DNA from: Octopus bimaculoides
Lineage: Eukaryota
Direction of reading: 5' to 3'
Length of the DNA stretch: 64,000 nucleotides
NCBI RefSeq assembly: GCF_001194135.2
Contig: NC_068990.1
Span: 69,577,198 to 69,641,197, forward strand
Part shown: positions 25,901 to 39,869 of the stretch, piece after piece
Layout: every line of letters starts with the position of its first letter
Position numbering within the stretch: the first letter of the stretch is position 1
Position numbers and translations under genes: made by a program
Notes under the pieces: generated by a model
The model's input: only the letters and a program-made list of their open reading frames with translations
Told to the model about the DNA's origin: nothing
Databases searched by the model: none

Positions 25901-26744
25901 TTAAAGTAACAAGAGAGAAAGGATTGAAAGAGTGATGGAGAGGATGAAAGGTAAATGGAAGGAGAGATAAATAAAGAAAGAAATATAGAAAGAAAGAAAG
26001 AAAGAAAGATAGAAAGATAGAAAGAGAAAGAGGATGAGTAGAGGGTGTATATAGTTTCGTCGCCTTGTTAATATTTGTAATGTAAAAAAGGCGGGATTTT
26101 GAGAACTTTCGTGTTTATCAGGAGAATCAGTGATTGTATTAGTTGATAGTATGGCAAGTAAAATTCGTTTTATAATGGAAGTTGCCCTCCGAGGGATGGA
26201 TGGAGTAAAAATTGTCGGGAGAAGAGGATTGTGGGGGGAAAAGGCTGTGGACAGAGCGAATGAGTAAGCTCTGAGTAGCAGAAGAAATAGGGTAGAGGCG
26301 AAGAAGGAGGAGGTGGTGGGGAGGAGGAGAGGAGAGGAGGAAGAGAGAAGAGGAGGGGAGGAGGAGGAGGAGGGGAGGAGAGAAAGAGAAGGGGGAAGAA
26401 TAAAAAAGACAACAACTACAAAGAGGAAATAGAAGTGAAAAAAGAAGTGTAAGACAAGAGGTGAGAGGAAAACAAAAGCCAAATAAAAAGAAAGAATAAT
26501 TGGAAGAAAAAAAAGAAAGAAAGAAAGGCAAGTACAATGAAAAAGGATAAAAGAAATTTGAAAGACATCCAATGGAAGAAGAAAGAAATTAGTGAGGCGC
26601 GAGGTGATACACTGGGGAGAAGATAACTGGCAGGGTTAGGTAAACAGACATCAGGAAAGATAAGAAGGTAATTTCCCGCCAAAACCAGACTCAAACATTC
26701 CAGTTGATTAAGATGTTGTTGTTGTTGGCGGTGGTGGTGGTGAT

Positions 26745-26960
26745 GACGCGTGGCTAAGTGGTTAGGGTGTGGCAACTTAGAATTGCAAGATTGTGGTTTC
26801 GATACGAGCGTTGTATCCTTAAGCAAAGCATTTCATTTCCCGTTGTCTGCTTATCAAGTTCAATGAATGCTACTTTATTTCATTACATTAAATATTGGCC
26901 ATTAAGGCCTTACAAAGAGGGGACAAACAAGGACAGACAAACGTAAAGTAGCTACGGGCT
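26745..26960 (+). mobile_element. CORE-like tRNA SINE
   Basis: GACGCGTGGCTAAGTGGTTAGGGTG...GGTTTCGAT...CCTTAAGCAAAGCATTTCATTTC. Confidence 0.65.
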
Positions 26961-27301
26961 GGACACGGACATTAATGAGATGAGGGTGATAACAAAAGGT
27001 GAATAAAAATGAGAGAGGCACCAACGCCCGCCGATCGATAACCCCTCGAAAACATTGTTCAATACAAAGTCAAAAATTCAATGGCAGTTCAATAAAGTTC
27101 AATAAAAGTTCTTTTTAAAGATCTAATCTTCCTCATCCGGGCCTCTGGCAATTGGTACAGAAATTGAGGATCTTCACAATCTCAGAGGATTTTTCCGTTC
27201 TTTTTTATTTTAAAAAGTTGCTTGTGCTGTGAATTCTTTGCCGACTCAGGTTGGTCCAATGCTACATTACTCTCATTTTCTTTGTCTTACTTTCTGGTGA
27301 A

Positions 27302-27390
27302 CAGTAATCCCTCGACTATCGCGGGTGTTACGTTCCAACACCGCCCACCCCGTGATAGGTGAAAATCCGCGAAGTAGAAACAGTACTGTA
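27302..27390 (+). mobile_element. Tigger/pogo-like terminal fragment
   Basis: CAGTAATCCCTCGACTATCGCGGGTGTTACGTTCC resembles Tigger-type TIRs; cut off by the adjacent SINE. Confidence 0.5.
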
Positions 27391-27393
27391 CAC

Positions 27394-27783
27394 TTTTACT
27401 CTTTTACTTGTTTCAGTCATTTGACTGCGGCCATGCTGGAGCACCGCCTTTAGTCGAGCAAATCGACCCCAGGACTTATTCTTTGTAAGCCTAGTACTCA
27501 TCCTTTCAGTCTCTTTTGCCGAACCGCTAAGTTACGGGGACGTAAACACATAAGCATCGGTTGTCAAGCGTTGGTGGGGGGACAAACACAGACACACAAA
27601 CACATACATATATATATACATATATACGACGGGCTTCTTTCAGCTTCCGTCTACCAAATTCACTCACAAGGCTTTGGTCGGCCCGAAGCTATAGTAGAAG
27701 ACACTTGCCCAAGGTGCCACGCAGTGGGACTGAGCCCGGAACCATGTGGTTGGTAAGCAAGCTACTTACCACACAGCCACTCC
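27394..27783 (-). mobile_element. SINE family B, full length
   Basis: Complete reverse-complement match from head to the AAAAGAGTAAAA end. Confidence 0.92.
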
Positions 27784-27919
27784 GGTTGGTATTTATTTAT
27801 TTTATTATAAATGCAAAACAACACCACCGAGGAATTGACGTAAGCTTAAATAATAAACCTCGATAGGTGAACTGCGAAAGGTAAACCTCGATGTGACGAG
27901 GGATTATTGTATTGTTCGA

Positions 27920-28140
27920 AGGAGCGTAGCTAGGGTATTGCATTCACAATCGTAATATCATGACTTCGATCCCTGGATCAGACGGTGGGTTGTGTTCTTG
28001 AGCAAAACGCTTCATTTCACATTACAAGAGTCCATTCAGCTGTAAATGAATAGCCTTGTGAAGGACTGACGTCCGTTCAGGGGGACGTTGGGGTCTCGGA
28101 TCACTTTTGCGGTATGGAAACCGTGTTAAGCTTCTTTCCA
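27920..28140 (+). mobile_element. CORE-like tRNA SINE
   Basis: TTCTTGAGCAAAACGCTTCATTTCAC...CATTCAGCTGTAAATGAATA. Confidence 0.68.
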
Positions 28141-28901
28141 ATGAGTCCTGGAACACTGATGTCCAGTGGTTACTGTTGTTGTTGATTTTCGTCTTATTGT
28201 TGTTGTTGTTGTTGTTATTGTGGTTGTTGCACTTGTTTCATCCCAAAAGATTCTTGATCAAACTAATCTATTATTACAATCAATCCAGCCGTGACCTTCC
28301 ATACGTTTTAGTGATATGTATAAGACTATAGTATCTCTTGTACTTTTTGGGTACATGTGAAGAAGGAGGAGGAGGAGGNNNNNNNNNNNNNNNNNNNNNN
28401 NNNNNNNNNNNNNNNNNNNNNNNNNNNNNNNNNNNNNNNNNNNNNNNNNNNNNNNNNNNNNNNNNNNNNNNNNNNNNNNNNNNNNNNNNNNNNNNNNNNN
28501 NNNNNNNNNNNNNNNNNNNNNNNNNNNNNNNNNNNNNNNNNNNNNNNNNNNNNNNNNNNNNNNNNNNNNNNNNNNNNNNNNNNNNNNNNNNNNNNNNNNN
28601 NNNNNNNNNNNNNNNNNNNNNNNNNNNNNNNNNNNNNNNNNNNNNNNNNNNNNNNNNNNNNNNNNNNNNNNNNNNNNNNNNNNNNNNNNNNNNNNNNNNN
28701 NNNNNNNNNNNNNNNNNNNNNNNNNNNNNNNNNNNGGAGGAGGAGGAGGAGGAGAAGAAGAAGGATGATGATGATGAGGAGGAGGAGGGGAGGAGGAGAA
28801 GAAGAAGAAGAAGAAGAAGAAGAAGAAGAAGAAGAAGAAGAAGAAGAAGAAGAAGAAGAAGAAATATTATGATTTGGAGATATTAGACTACTATCTGTAG
28901 C

Positions 28902-29066
28902 ATGTCGATGGACCACGTTGAAGCTGCTTTATTGGACACCCAACTTGGTGTTGCTATTGACTACCTCCAATCAACCGTGATGGAGCTGATCAATGAGCAT
29001 AATCTACCCGGCTGTAATCTTCCAGGCAAAATTCTTATATATATGCTGATTATCTCCACAATCTAA
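28902..29066 (+). other. Candidate short coding segment of unknown identity (MSMDHVEAALLDTQLGVAIDYLQSTVMELINEHNLPGCNLPG...)
   Basis: Non-repetitive 54-codon frame preceded by TGTAG. The acceptor is weak, there is no clear GT donor and no homology is recognised. Confidence 0.2.
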
Positions 29067-29548
29067 TGTGTCTTCTCTTTTCTGTTTTCTTCTTTCTTTC
29101 TTTCTTTCTTTCTTTTTTTTTTTGCTTTCCTTTTTGTTTCCAAGATAGTAGGATGTTATTTAAGGGAAATTTGGCTTTTGCTTCTAGCAAATTGAGTGAC
29201 CACACAAAGGGTCCCTCGTTGGATCGGTGTTTCTGTTACGGTTCATTTAAATCACTGAGACCATTGGGAACGGCATGAACAGCATTACTTCTTAAATCTG
29301 CTTTATCTGAGACCTTGTGTCAGAAACTATCACTGTCACCAGAGTCTGTGACAAATTCTCAGCCTTTGTCGCGACCTGGTTTCGAGTCACAGATAAAACC
29401 GTTTCACGTACGTCAAGACTGCTTCTCTTGTCTTGGTGAGAAATATCGCTTAGATAAGATTACGACAAATAATTTCCCTTGAGAGAGGAGGGAGAGAGAG
29501 AGAGAGATAGAAATGGGCAATAGATAGGTAAATATAGACAAAGGGATG

Positions 29549-29603
<55 letters not shown>

Positions 29604-31229
29604 GTTGAACGAGGTTTAGGAAAAAGTATAATATATATGCAAAGAAGCTGAGAAGTGAAAGAGAGGAGTGAGGCGTATGAAGGAACAAAGGGAAATGAGA
29701 AAGAGAAATAAAGAGAAATAGATAGAGAGGAAAGAAGCGAAGGAGAGGGAGGGAGGGAGGGAGGAAATAGAGNNNNNNNNNNNNNNNNNNNNNNNNNNNN
29801 NNNNNNNNNNNNNNNNNNNNNNNNNNNNNNNNNNNNNNNNNNNNNNNNNNNNNNNNNNNNNNNNNNNNNNNNNNNNNNNNNNNNNNNNNNNNNNNNNNNN
29901 NNNNNNNNNNNNNNNNNNNNNNNNNNNNNNNNNNNNNNNNNNNNNNNNNNNNNNNNNNNNNNNNNNNNNNNNNNNNNNNNNNNNNNNNNNNNNNNNNNNN
30001 NNNNNNNNNNNNNNNNNNNNNNNNNNNNNNNNNNNNNNNNNNNNNNNNNNNNNNNNNNNNNNNNNNNNNNNNNNNNNNNNNNNNNNNNNNNNNNNNNNNN
30101 NNNNNNNNNNNNNNNNNNNNNNNNNNNNNNNNNNNNNNNNNNNNNNNNNNNNNNNNNNNNNNNNNNNNNNNNNNNNNNNNNNNNNNNNNNNNNNNNNNNN
30201 NNNNNNNNNNNNNNNNNNNNNNNNNNNNNNNNNNNNNNNNNNNNNNNNNNNNNNNNNNNNNNNNNNNNNNNNNNNNNNNNNNNNNNNNNNNNNNNNNNNN
30301 NNNNNNNNNNNNNNNNNNNNNNNNNNNNNNNNNNNNNNNNNNNNNNNNNNNNNNNNNNNNNNNNNNNNNNNNNNNNNNNNNNNNNNNNNNNNNNNNNNNN
30401 NNNNNNNNNNNNNNNNNNNNNNNNNNNNNNNNNNNNNNNNNNNNNNNNNNNNNNNNNNNNNNNNNNNNNNNNNNNNNNNNNNNNNNNNNNNNNNNNNNNN
30501 NNNNNNNNNNNNNNNNNNNNNNNNNNNNNNNNNNNNNNNNNNNNNNNNNNNNNNNNNNNNNNNNNNNNNNNNNNNNNTGGAGGAGGAAGTGGAGGAGGAA
30601 GTGGAGGAGGAGGAGGAGGAGGAGGAAGAGGAAGAGGAGAAGGAGGCAGTATGAAGGAAGTTGAGATATTTATTGAATCTTTTGCCTCTTTCTCTCACTT
30701 GCCTCACACAGCTACTCCTACTCTCTCTCTCTCTCACTTTGTTAACTTGCCGTCTTATATTGTCATTAAAGATAAGAAAAAGAAGAAAAGAAAGACGATG
30801 AAGATGCGAATTAAAACTGAAAAGGAAAAATAACACGAAAGAAGGAGAAGAAGAAGAAGGAGAAGGAGAAGGAGGAGGGGGAGGAGGAGGAAGAAGAAGA
30901 AGAAGAAGGAGAAAGAAGAAGAAGAAGGAGAAAAAGAAGAAGGAGGCGAGAGTGGTGGTGGTAGAGCAATATGAAATAAACTGGGAAAAGAATGAGGTGG
31001 AGGGGGAGTAGATTAAAGCCTGGTTTGTTGATGGGAAAAAGTAAACTCAACATTGATGTCAAAGTTATCGCTTTGTCGGTAAGATATGACGTCACATCGA
31101 CAGATAGAGATAGAATAAATACGCGCGCATAGAAAAAATAGGTGTGTATGCGTGTGTGTGTGTGTGTGCATGAGTGTGTACGTTTGCTTGCGTAAAAATA
31201 CAGATTATATGTATGTGCGTGTATATATA

Positions 31230-31290
<61 letters not shown>

Positions 31291-31417
31291 GTAGAGAGAG
31301 AGAGAGAGAGAGATACATACATACATATATGAAAATATATATGTATATACCTATATATATTATATATATGTATGTATTAATGTATATATATGTAAATATA
31401 TATGTATATGTATGTTT

Positions 31418-31491
<74 letters not shown>

Positions 31492-32177
31492 NNNNNNNNN
31501 NNNNNNNNNNNNNNNNNNNNNNNNNNNNNNNNNNNNNNNNNNNNNNNNNNNNNNNNNNNNNNNNNNNNNNNNNNNNNNNNNNNNNNNNNNNNNNNNNNNN
31601 NNNNNNNNNNNNNNNNNNNNNNNNNNNNNNNNNNNNNNNNNNNNNNNNNNNNNNNNNNNNNNNNNNNNNNNNNNNNNNNNNNNNNNNNNNNNNNNNNNNN
31701 NNNNNNNNNNNNNNNNNNNNNNNNNNNNNNNNNNNNNNNNNNNNNNNNNNNNNNNNNNNNNNNNNNNNNNNNNNNNNNNNNNNNNNNNNNNNNNNNNNNN
31801 NNNNNNNNNNNNNNNNNNNNNNNNNNNNNNNNNNNNNNNNNNNNNNNNNNNNNNNNNNNNNNNNNNNNNNNNNNNNNNNNNNNNNNNNNNNNNNNNNNNN
31901 NNNNNNNNNNNNNNNNNNNNNNNNNNNNNNNNNNNNNNNNNNNNNNNNNNNNNNNNNNNNNNNNNNNNNNNNNNNNNNNNNNNNNNNNNNNNNNNNNNNN
32001 NNNNNNNNNNNNNNNNNNNNNNNNNNNNNNNNNNNNNNNNNNNNNNNNNNNNNNNNNNNNNNNNNNNNNNNNNNNNNNNNNNNNNNNNNNNNNNNNNNNN
32101 NNNNNNNNNNNACCAAATATGACAGCTTTGGCGATGAAGTCGTGCGCAAGACACATCGCCGCCATCATCATCATTAC

Positions 32178-32208
<31 letters not shown>

Positions 32209-32605
32209 GTCGTCGTCGTCGTCGTCGTCATCGTTTCCGTTGTTCTTATTACATAGAAACGGCTGCCCCAAATGTTCGCCATTTGCGTTCCGTTCTGTGA
32301 CGGTCAGTTACCCAGATTTATTGCCTAACTGGAACTGTTTCTCTTCTGGTAAATTACCTTTGGAAACAGCCCAGCATTAGCATCGTAATTTCCTATACCC
32401 TGCCTTTGGATATACCAAATATCTAATATCCACGCCACACACACACACACACACACACCTACACACACACACACATACACACACACACACACGCACTCAC
32501 ACACACACACACACACACTCACTCACACTCACACACACATTTATATATAATACATGCAAGTATTCTATAAGTGAGAGTATATCTTGATAAACACATACAC
32601 ACACA

Positions 32606-32655
<50 letters not shown>

Positions 32656-32732
32656 TATATATGTATGTAGGTGAGTGTAGTTTTGTTTGTTTTTATGCAC
32701 TGTTGTCTCCACATCAGATCCACAGCGGGAAA

Positions 32733-32775
32733 ACACTTGCTCGGCCCCCTACACTTGCTCGGCCCCCCTACACTT
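32733..32775 (+). repeat. 18-bp tandem duplication (ACACTTGCTCGGCCCCCT x2)
   Basis: Directly visible. Confidence 0.9.
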
Positions 32776-33271
32776 CTGTTCTTCACTTACAGTCTCACAT
32801 TTCTGTAACTCTCTTTCCCTTTCTCTCTCTCTCACCCACCACCCTTTCTACATCACAAACACACTTTCTTTCTCACACACACTCACACACGTTCTCTTTA
32901 TCCCGTCATCCTCTCTATATGACATACACACATTCATTTTCTCACCCTCTGACTCTCTCACTCTCTCTCTCTCCCTCGCACTTTCTATCTCTGTCGCTGT
33001 CTCTGTCTGTTAGTCTCCCCTCATCTCTCTCACACACATTCATCTTACATTCTCCACTTTGTTTTACTACGTAATGTCGTTCCGCTCCTCCAATGTGCTG
33101 TTTCCAAAAGTCACCATTCACAACATTAGCAGCAAACATTTGTTTGGTACATATCCACTTAAGAAAATACAACCATGGTGTAATCCCATGGTAGTATATC
33201 ACAGCCCAGAGCCACATCAAACAAGATTTACATTAAGCAGTACAAAGTAACCAAACCCTTAATAATTAGAC

Positions 33272-33531
33272 CAGAGGTTCTCATCGGAGGTCCGCATGAC
33301 CCTGGGGGGTTCGTATAGAATTTTGCTGCTAAAGTTTATGTGCAGTAAATTGGTTATACTTTTTACAATGCATAAAATATTTTAACAATTTCTTAATACA
33401 ATTCCTAATAATAATTATAAAAATATTATAGAATTTTTTTTTTAAAAAGCATGAAACGGTTATGTGGGTCAACCTGAATAAAATAGGAATCAAAGGGTTC
33501 CATAGGTTAAAAAAATGGTTGAGAAATACTG
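33272..33531. mobile_element. hAT (Charlie-like) MITE
   Basis: Ends CAGAGGTTCTCA / TGAGAAATACTG; flanking 8-mers AATTAGAC and GATAAGAC match at 6 of 8. Confidence 0.7.
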
Positions 33532-33899
33532 GATAAGACATTACATCTATTTGTTAGCTTGATAGGTAGACTTAATCCAGAATCCGGTTTTAAACCATCA
33601 GCTGACCTTCTTTAGGATGTTTTAGATGGGTCGAATGTGGAAAGTATTCTGGTCTGAGAATATCTTCCTCATTTCCCCTTACCAGTGAACACGGTCCTAA
33701 TATATCAGCCCTTCGTCTTCTAACCATTAAAGTATTAAGAATTAAAGGGGAAAAGTCTGTGATTATTTATTTACATGGTCGGAGTGGACGGAGCTCATAA
33801 TCACATCTAGTCATGGTGGATGAAGAACATATATCGTTGAAACTAATGTACCTTACTATTTAAACGGACGGTCTGCAGATGTCGCTGATTCGGTAGATA

Positions 33900-34185
33900 A
33901 TATTGGTTTCAGGTTTAGGTACAAGGCCATTAATTTCGGGAGGAGGGGTTAAGTCGATTATATCGACTCCAGTGCTCAACTAGCACTTATTTTACCGACC
34001 CCGAAAGGATGAAATACAAAGTCGACATTGGCGGAATTTGAACTCAGAACGTAAAAACGGACGAAATGCCGCTAATCATTTTGCCTGGCATGCTTCAGCA
34101 AATAATATCGGTTTCAAACGTTAGGGCAGACGAAATGCCGCTATGCATTTTGCCCGGCATGCTAACGATTCTGCCACCGCGCCGC
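33900..34185 (-). mobile_element. SINE family A plus an adjacent extra head fragment (about 34120-34185)
   Basis: Reverse-complement match; the GACGAAATGCCGCTA..CATTTTGCC segment occurs twice. Confidence 0.82.
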
Positions 34186-34662
34186 CTGCTTTGGCAGACA
34201 ATGTTAAACGTTGGTCAGTAATCTGCGCTTGTTGTTGTTGTCGTTCTCGGTGTCTCGTATTCACCTTGGCTAGAAACATCTGTGATGCAATGCATTCAAA
34301 CCGTAATCGTTCCCTCCTTACGATAATGCGACTCCAGATGCATTATATATCTAGGAGTACAGTATTTCGAGTACACTTGCCTACATGCCTTTATAAGACT
34401 TCAGGGTGAAATGTGAGGTACACTTAGGTTCTATTTCTAACGAGTTAAGCTACTGTGAAGGGGTCTCTTATTCAAATAGTTTCTGTATTGTCGATCGTCT
34501 ATTTGTTGACTTAGAACAACAGAAACACGCGAAATTTTGCGATAATTGGTTACCCAATTGTTAACATATTTCTGCAAAATACACTGCCTTTGTTCCAATT
34601 ACTTGTGAAAATAAGGAAGAACTTAATGAAATAACTGTCATTATCAAATTGGTGTTTTTATA

Positions 34663-34875
34663 AGGCGGTGAGCTAGCCGAATCGTTAGCACACTGAACGG
34701 AATGTTTAACAGCATTTCGTCCGTCTTTACGTTCTGAGTTCATATCCTACCGAGGTCGACTTAACCTTTCATTCTTTCAGAGTCGATGAAATAAATACCA
34801 AGTTGAGTACTGGGGTCGATGTAATCGAGCTACCCTTGAACTTGCTCAGCTAGTGCCAAAATCTGAAACTAATAT
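34663..34875 (+). mobile_element. SINE family A
   Basis: Consensus match. Confidence 0.85.
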
Positions 34876-35084
34876 TAAGTTGGTGTTTGAAACAAAATTA
34901 AAAAGGAAATTTTGATGATAAGTCTTAATTTGCGTCGTTTTGAAATAGGAAAATCTGCATCACAGAACCAAGGGCGATATCAGGCAGGTTGGAGTTAAAA
35001 AGGTTAATGAACGTTACCATGGCAAAGTAATTTTTGGGGGATCACTACTACAAATGTTATTCTTTGATAAATTACTAATAATGT

Positions 35085-35271
35085 AGGCGTAGTTGTGTGG
35101 TTAAAATAAGTGCAAGCTTGGCTGTGCTTCCCGACCCCATGGTTCTTTTCGGGTCCAGTCCCACTGCGTGGTACCTTGTAAAAGTGTCTTCTAGTATAGC
35201 TCTGGATCGACCAAAGATTTGTGTGAGAATTTGGTAGACAGAAACTGAAAGAAGCCCTTTATGTGTGTCTG

Positions 35272-35320
<49 letters not shown>

Positions 35321-35640
35321 TTGTGTGTGTGTATATAAATACATACATACATACATGCACACACATACATATATACATACACATGTATGTATGTATGTAT
35401 GTATGTATGTATGTGTGTGTGTATGTATGTATGCATGTGTTTGTCTCCCACCACTGATTGACAGCTGGTGTTGTTTGTTTATGTCCCTGTATCATAACTA
35501 TTCGGCAAAAGAGACCGATAGAGTAAATGCCAAGCTTAAAAACACGTACTGGGGTCGATTCCGTTTGGGTAAAACCCTTTAAGGCGATGCTCCAGTATGG
35601 CCTCAGTCCAATGACTTAAACAAGTAAAAGTTAAAAAGAT
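35085..35640 (+). mobile_element. SINE family B with a large internal microsatellite expansion
   Basis: Head and body, about 180 bp of TG/TA/TATG repeats, then the 3' part. Confidence 0.85.
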
Positions 35641-35889
35641 AATCAACTTATTAACCCTAAAATTCTGATGAAAGGAATTGTTTCACATATTAGTAATATT
35701 GTTAAACTAACAATGGACATTCTACATTATACGTGATCGCTCACGCTCCGCTTAACTACATCTCCTTCATGCAAAAGGCGTCACTAGGGAATGTCCCTCT
35801 AGTTATAATGACTTTTGGAATTTAAATACATACATACATACATACATACATACATACGTACGTACGTACGTACGTACGTGCATGCATAC

Positions 35890-36345
35890 ATACATGAGGA
35901 CTTGACACATTCCTTAAAGCGCAGCCTTAGTTTCTGCCGGAGTCTCCTTCCATTCACAAGTTCTCCATAGAGCATCTGCTTAGGAATCCTGCTATCCTTC
36001 ATTCTAATAACGTGTCCAGTCCAACGTAACCGGTGCTTGTGCACCATTGCCTCAATACTCAAGATATCAGCTGTCCTCAGGATCTGTGTGTCTGGAATCC
36101 ATGAGGTCTAGCCAACATTGAGAACGTGCCTGAGACATATCTGATGAAAGCGTTCAAGGACCCTTACCTGACGTTTGTACAGAGTCCATGTTTCACACGA
36201 GTGCAGGAGCCATGTCAGTACACAAGCACGGTACACAGCAACACATACATACATACATACGTACGTACATATTGCAAAATTGCGAGAGAACAAGTAGTTC
36301 AAATTCAAGATCCCAGCTTTTGAACAATATTCTCGCGAGACTGAG
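35890..36345 (-). mobile_element. RTE-clade non-LTR retrotransposon 3' fragment
   Basis: VYRACVLTWLLHSCETWTLYKRQVRVLERFHQICLRHVLN...SIEAMVHKHRLRWTGHVIRMKDSRIPKQMLYGEL..GRR...LRFKECVK. Confidence 0.9.
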
Positions 36346-36349
36346 ATAT

Positions 36350-37890
36350 GGAGATATGAGTTTCGGCAAGTTAAATGCTCATAGTCAACAGAGGAAAGAT
36401 TGTCGTCCATCCAGAGAACATGTACATCAATGGCTTGTCTATCATCCATATGCCTAATGATGAAAACTACAAGTTTCTTGGAATTGATGGGAATGTTGTA
36501 TAAGTTGGTGCCGTGACTAAAACCAGAATAACAGAAGAGTACTTCTGTAAGCTCCGGAAAATATGGAACTCAGAGCTGTTTGCATTTAACAAGACCATAT
36601 CTCACAATGCTTTTGCAGTGCCAGTACTAGTACCAACACTTGGGATGTTAGACTGGATACTCGTCGAGAAACGCAGCCCGGGCATCAAAACCAGCCAGGT
36701 ACTGGCCACCACAAGCAACTTGCGTATTAACAGCGACACCAATAGAATCTATGTGAGACGAAGTGATGATAGTAGCGGCATAAGGTCAGTCGAAACATCC
36801 TTAGAATGTATTGTATCACTCAGACAACATCTGCTGAAAAGTAAAGAAAGAAGTAAATACATCCATGCCTATTCAAAAGTGAAAGCAACAACATTTTCAG
36901 TGTTGGAGAACTACTGTCCAGGTACTCTCAAAATACAACTGTCCCATGCGACCCAAAGGAAGCTGGACTGGCCTACCTAAACAGAAGCTTGGAGGAGAAA
37001 CAGGTATGATACCAGCAAAAAGCCTGTGATAGATACATTACAACCCACCTAGAAGGATTTGACTTCGCCATTCAGGAACAGGATATAGCTACTAAATACC
37101 TGAAAAACAAGACGGACAGCTCCACGTTGTGATAAAATATGTCGGCTCTACTATATCAATGTGGAAGATATCACCCACATTATCAGCAGCTTCCCCAAGA
37201 TGTCTACGAGATACTACCTGTCCCTGACGGATGAAATAGTTGCAAAGACTATTTACAATGCTATCCGCAGGAAGGACTGCACTGACGCATACATCAAAGC
37301 CATGTCAGAACCAGCAGGTATCCACACCTTTAAAAAACAAGGAATATTAGTGGAACACCCCAATAAAAACATCAATTCGGTGCAAACATAACAGACCTGA
37401 TATTCTTCTATGGGACAGGGAACAAAAGTCATGCACTGTTGTAGAGGCCAGCTGCCTAGCGGATGTGAATGTGCCATCAAAAGTCCAGAGAAAGGAAAAC
37501 GTTTATGGTGAGTTAATGCGGAACTTACAGTTATGGTATCCTGACTATAAATTATCGTTTATACTTATCATCATAGGTGCATTAATTTTTGTACCAACAA
37601 ATTCACACAAAAATCTAGAAATACTAGGGTTTTCGAAGAAAGAGCAAAAGAAACTGACGCGGATTCTTCAAACCCAATCTATAATTGGCACAGTGATGAC
37701 ATTCTAAAGATTTTCTATCTCAGATTCTTTAGATGAATGGATGCACGCACATAAGTACGTATTGACAGTTCAACCAACACACTAACTCAATCACATATTT
37801 AGAAAGACCGGGAACTCTCCCAACTCAAAAAGTCTTGTCACTTTGTTAGTGGCTGGTTTGAATTCTCTTAAGAACTTAAATAAAACTCAA
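36350..37890 (+). mobile_element. R4/Dong-like RLE non-LTR retrotransposon 3' part, decayed
   Basis: YKFLGID (RT motif 7), LRKIWNSEL...NK...AFAVPVL, decayed CCHC (CRL..VEDITHIISS), RPDIL and IIIGAL endonuclease region; many stops and frameshifts. Confidence 0.85.
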
Positions 37891-37983
37891 AGAAAAACGT
37901 ATATGTGTGTGAGTGTGTAGACATAACAACTGCATGTACGTACATATATTATATAGGCATGTATATACAAGTATATATTTGCA

Positions 37984-38019
<36 letters not shown>

Positions 38020-38046
38020 GAAATATATATGCACATACATACACAC

Positions 38047-38135
<89 letters not shown>

Positions 38136-39017
38136 TTTATGTATGTAATACTACATGCATTGCAAACTGAAGTCAATTAAATGAGCGTTAATAACTTTAC
38201 AACAACACCACCACCAACAACAACAACAATAATAATTATAATAATAATATTCTTGTTTAATTGTTTTATTTACTAATCTCAGACAGGTAATTACATTCTT
38301 ATTATTGTCTGGTTCAGATAGGATCTCAGTCTCTTCTCCATAGAAATAAGCAGTTTGGCAACAACAGCAAACACAGAGAGGAAAATATCATTAGGTTGTC
38401 AGTTGAACATCCAGAAATAAGGATATTTAATATTGGAATAAAGTCACTCTATTTTTGAAGTGAAGTGTAAGTCGACCGTTGTAGTTAACTGAGAGACATT
38501 ATGTTGACTCCACAAGGATAAAATTTGGAGCCAGTTTGGGTAAAGATTTGAGCTTAAGCCTAACTAAAATGCCATCAGGAATTTAATGCAAGACTCCACC
38601 GCTCCTACCAGCTGTCGACTTTCTTTAGCAGAAGTATTAATTGGAATAAGAACAACAATCTTGGAGAAATGTAATTGTTAGTAAAAGAGTAGCGATCTTT
38701 TGAGAGGGAATTAGTTGTGTTAGGTTAATAAACAAAACAATCTTTCAAGATTGTTATTGTAAGGTAGAGACATGTTTTCTTCTGTTATGTTATTAATACT
38801 CAGATTAACTATCTTAATACGACAACATTAATAATTTCAGTTATTGTACGAAGATATTGCAGAGTTCACCTTGTAAGAACTGGAGCCGTGTTGAGTGTTC
38901 TCCCTGTAACACAGTCGACTATTACCAGAAAAATTAAAGCATAAAATATGTTTAATTAGGAATGTGTCATCACTAGATTAATTAAATCTGATTTATTTCG
39001 AATTGATTTCGTTCATG

Positions 39018-39365
39018 ACAGTGAGCTGGCAAAATCGTTGGCACACCGGGGAAAATGCTTAGTGACATTTATTCCGGCTTTACGTTCTGAGTTCAATTGC
39101 CGGCGAGGTTGAGTTTGCCTTTCATTCTTTCATGTCGAGTACCAGTCGAGCAATAATGTTGTAATCGACTAATCACCTCCCCACAAAATGTCAAGCCTTG
39201 TGCCAAATAAAAGAAAGAATCAAGTGAACTTGGTCAAAGCCTATCGTTAGAGCATTGAGAAAAGTACTTTCCGGTTTCTCTTCTGATTATACTGTCTCGG
39301 TTCAAAGCCCGCTGAGGTCAACTTTATCTTTCATTCTTTCGGAGTTCGATAAAAATAAAACCGTA
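39018..39365 (+). mobile_element. SINE family A (39018-39215) and a partial copy (39295-39365)
   Basis: Consensus match. Confidence 0.8.
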
Positions 39366-39869
39366 ACAATCTNNNNNNNNNNNNNNNNNNNNNNNNNNNN
39401 NNNNNNNNNNNNNNNNNNNNNNNNNNNNNNNNNNNNNNNNNNNNNNNNNNNNNNNNNNNNNNNNNNNNNNNNNNNNNNNNNNNNNNNNNNNNNNNNNNNN
39501 NNNNNNNNNNNNNNNNNNNNNNNNNNNNNNNNNNNNNNNNNNNNNNNNNNNNNNNNNNNNNNNNNNNNNNNNNNNNNNNNNNNNNNNNNNNNNNNNNNNN
39601 NNNNNNNNNNNNNNNNNNNNNNNNNNNNNNNNNNNNNNNNNNNNNNNNNNNNNNNNNNNNNNNNNNNNNNNNNNNNNNNNNNNNNNNNNNNNNNNNNNNN
39701 NNNNNNNNNNNNNNNNNNNNNNNNNNNNNNNNNNNNNNNNNNNNNNNNNNNNNNNNNNNNNNNNNNNNNNNNNNNNNNNNNNNNNNNNNNNNNNNNNNNN
39801 NNNNNNNNNNNNNNNNNNNNNNNNNNAAATAGAACTTTTTCCGCAATGCTGCATAAAATAGTTTTCATA

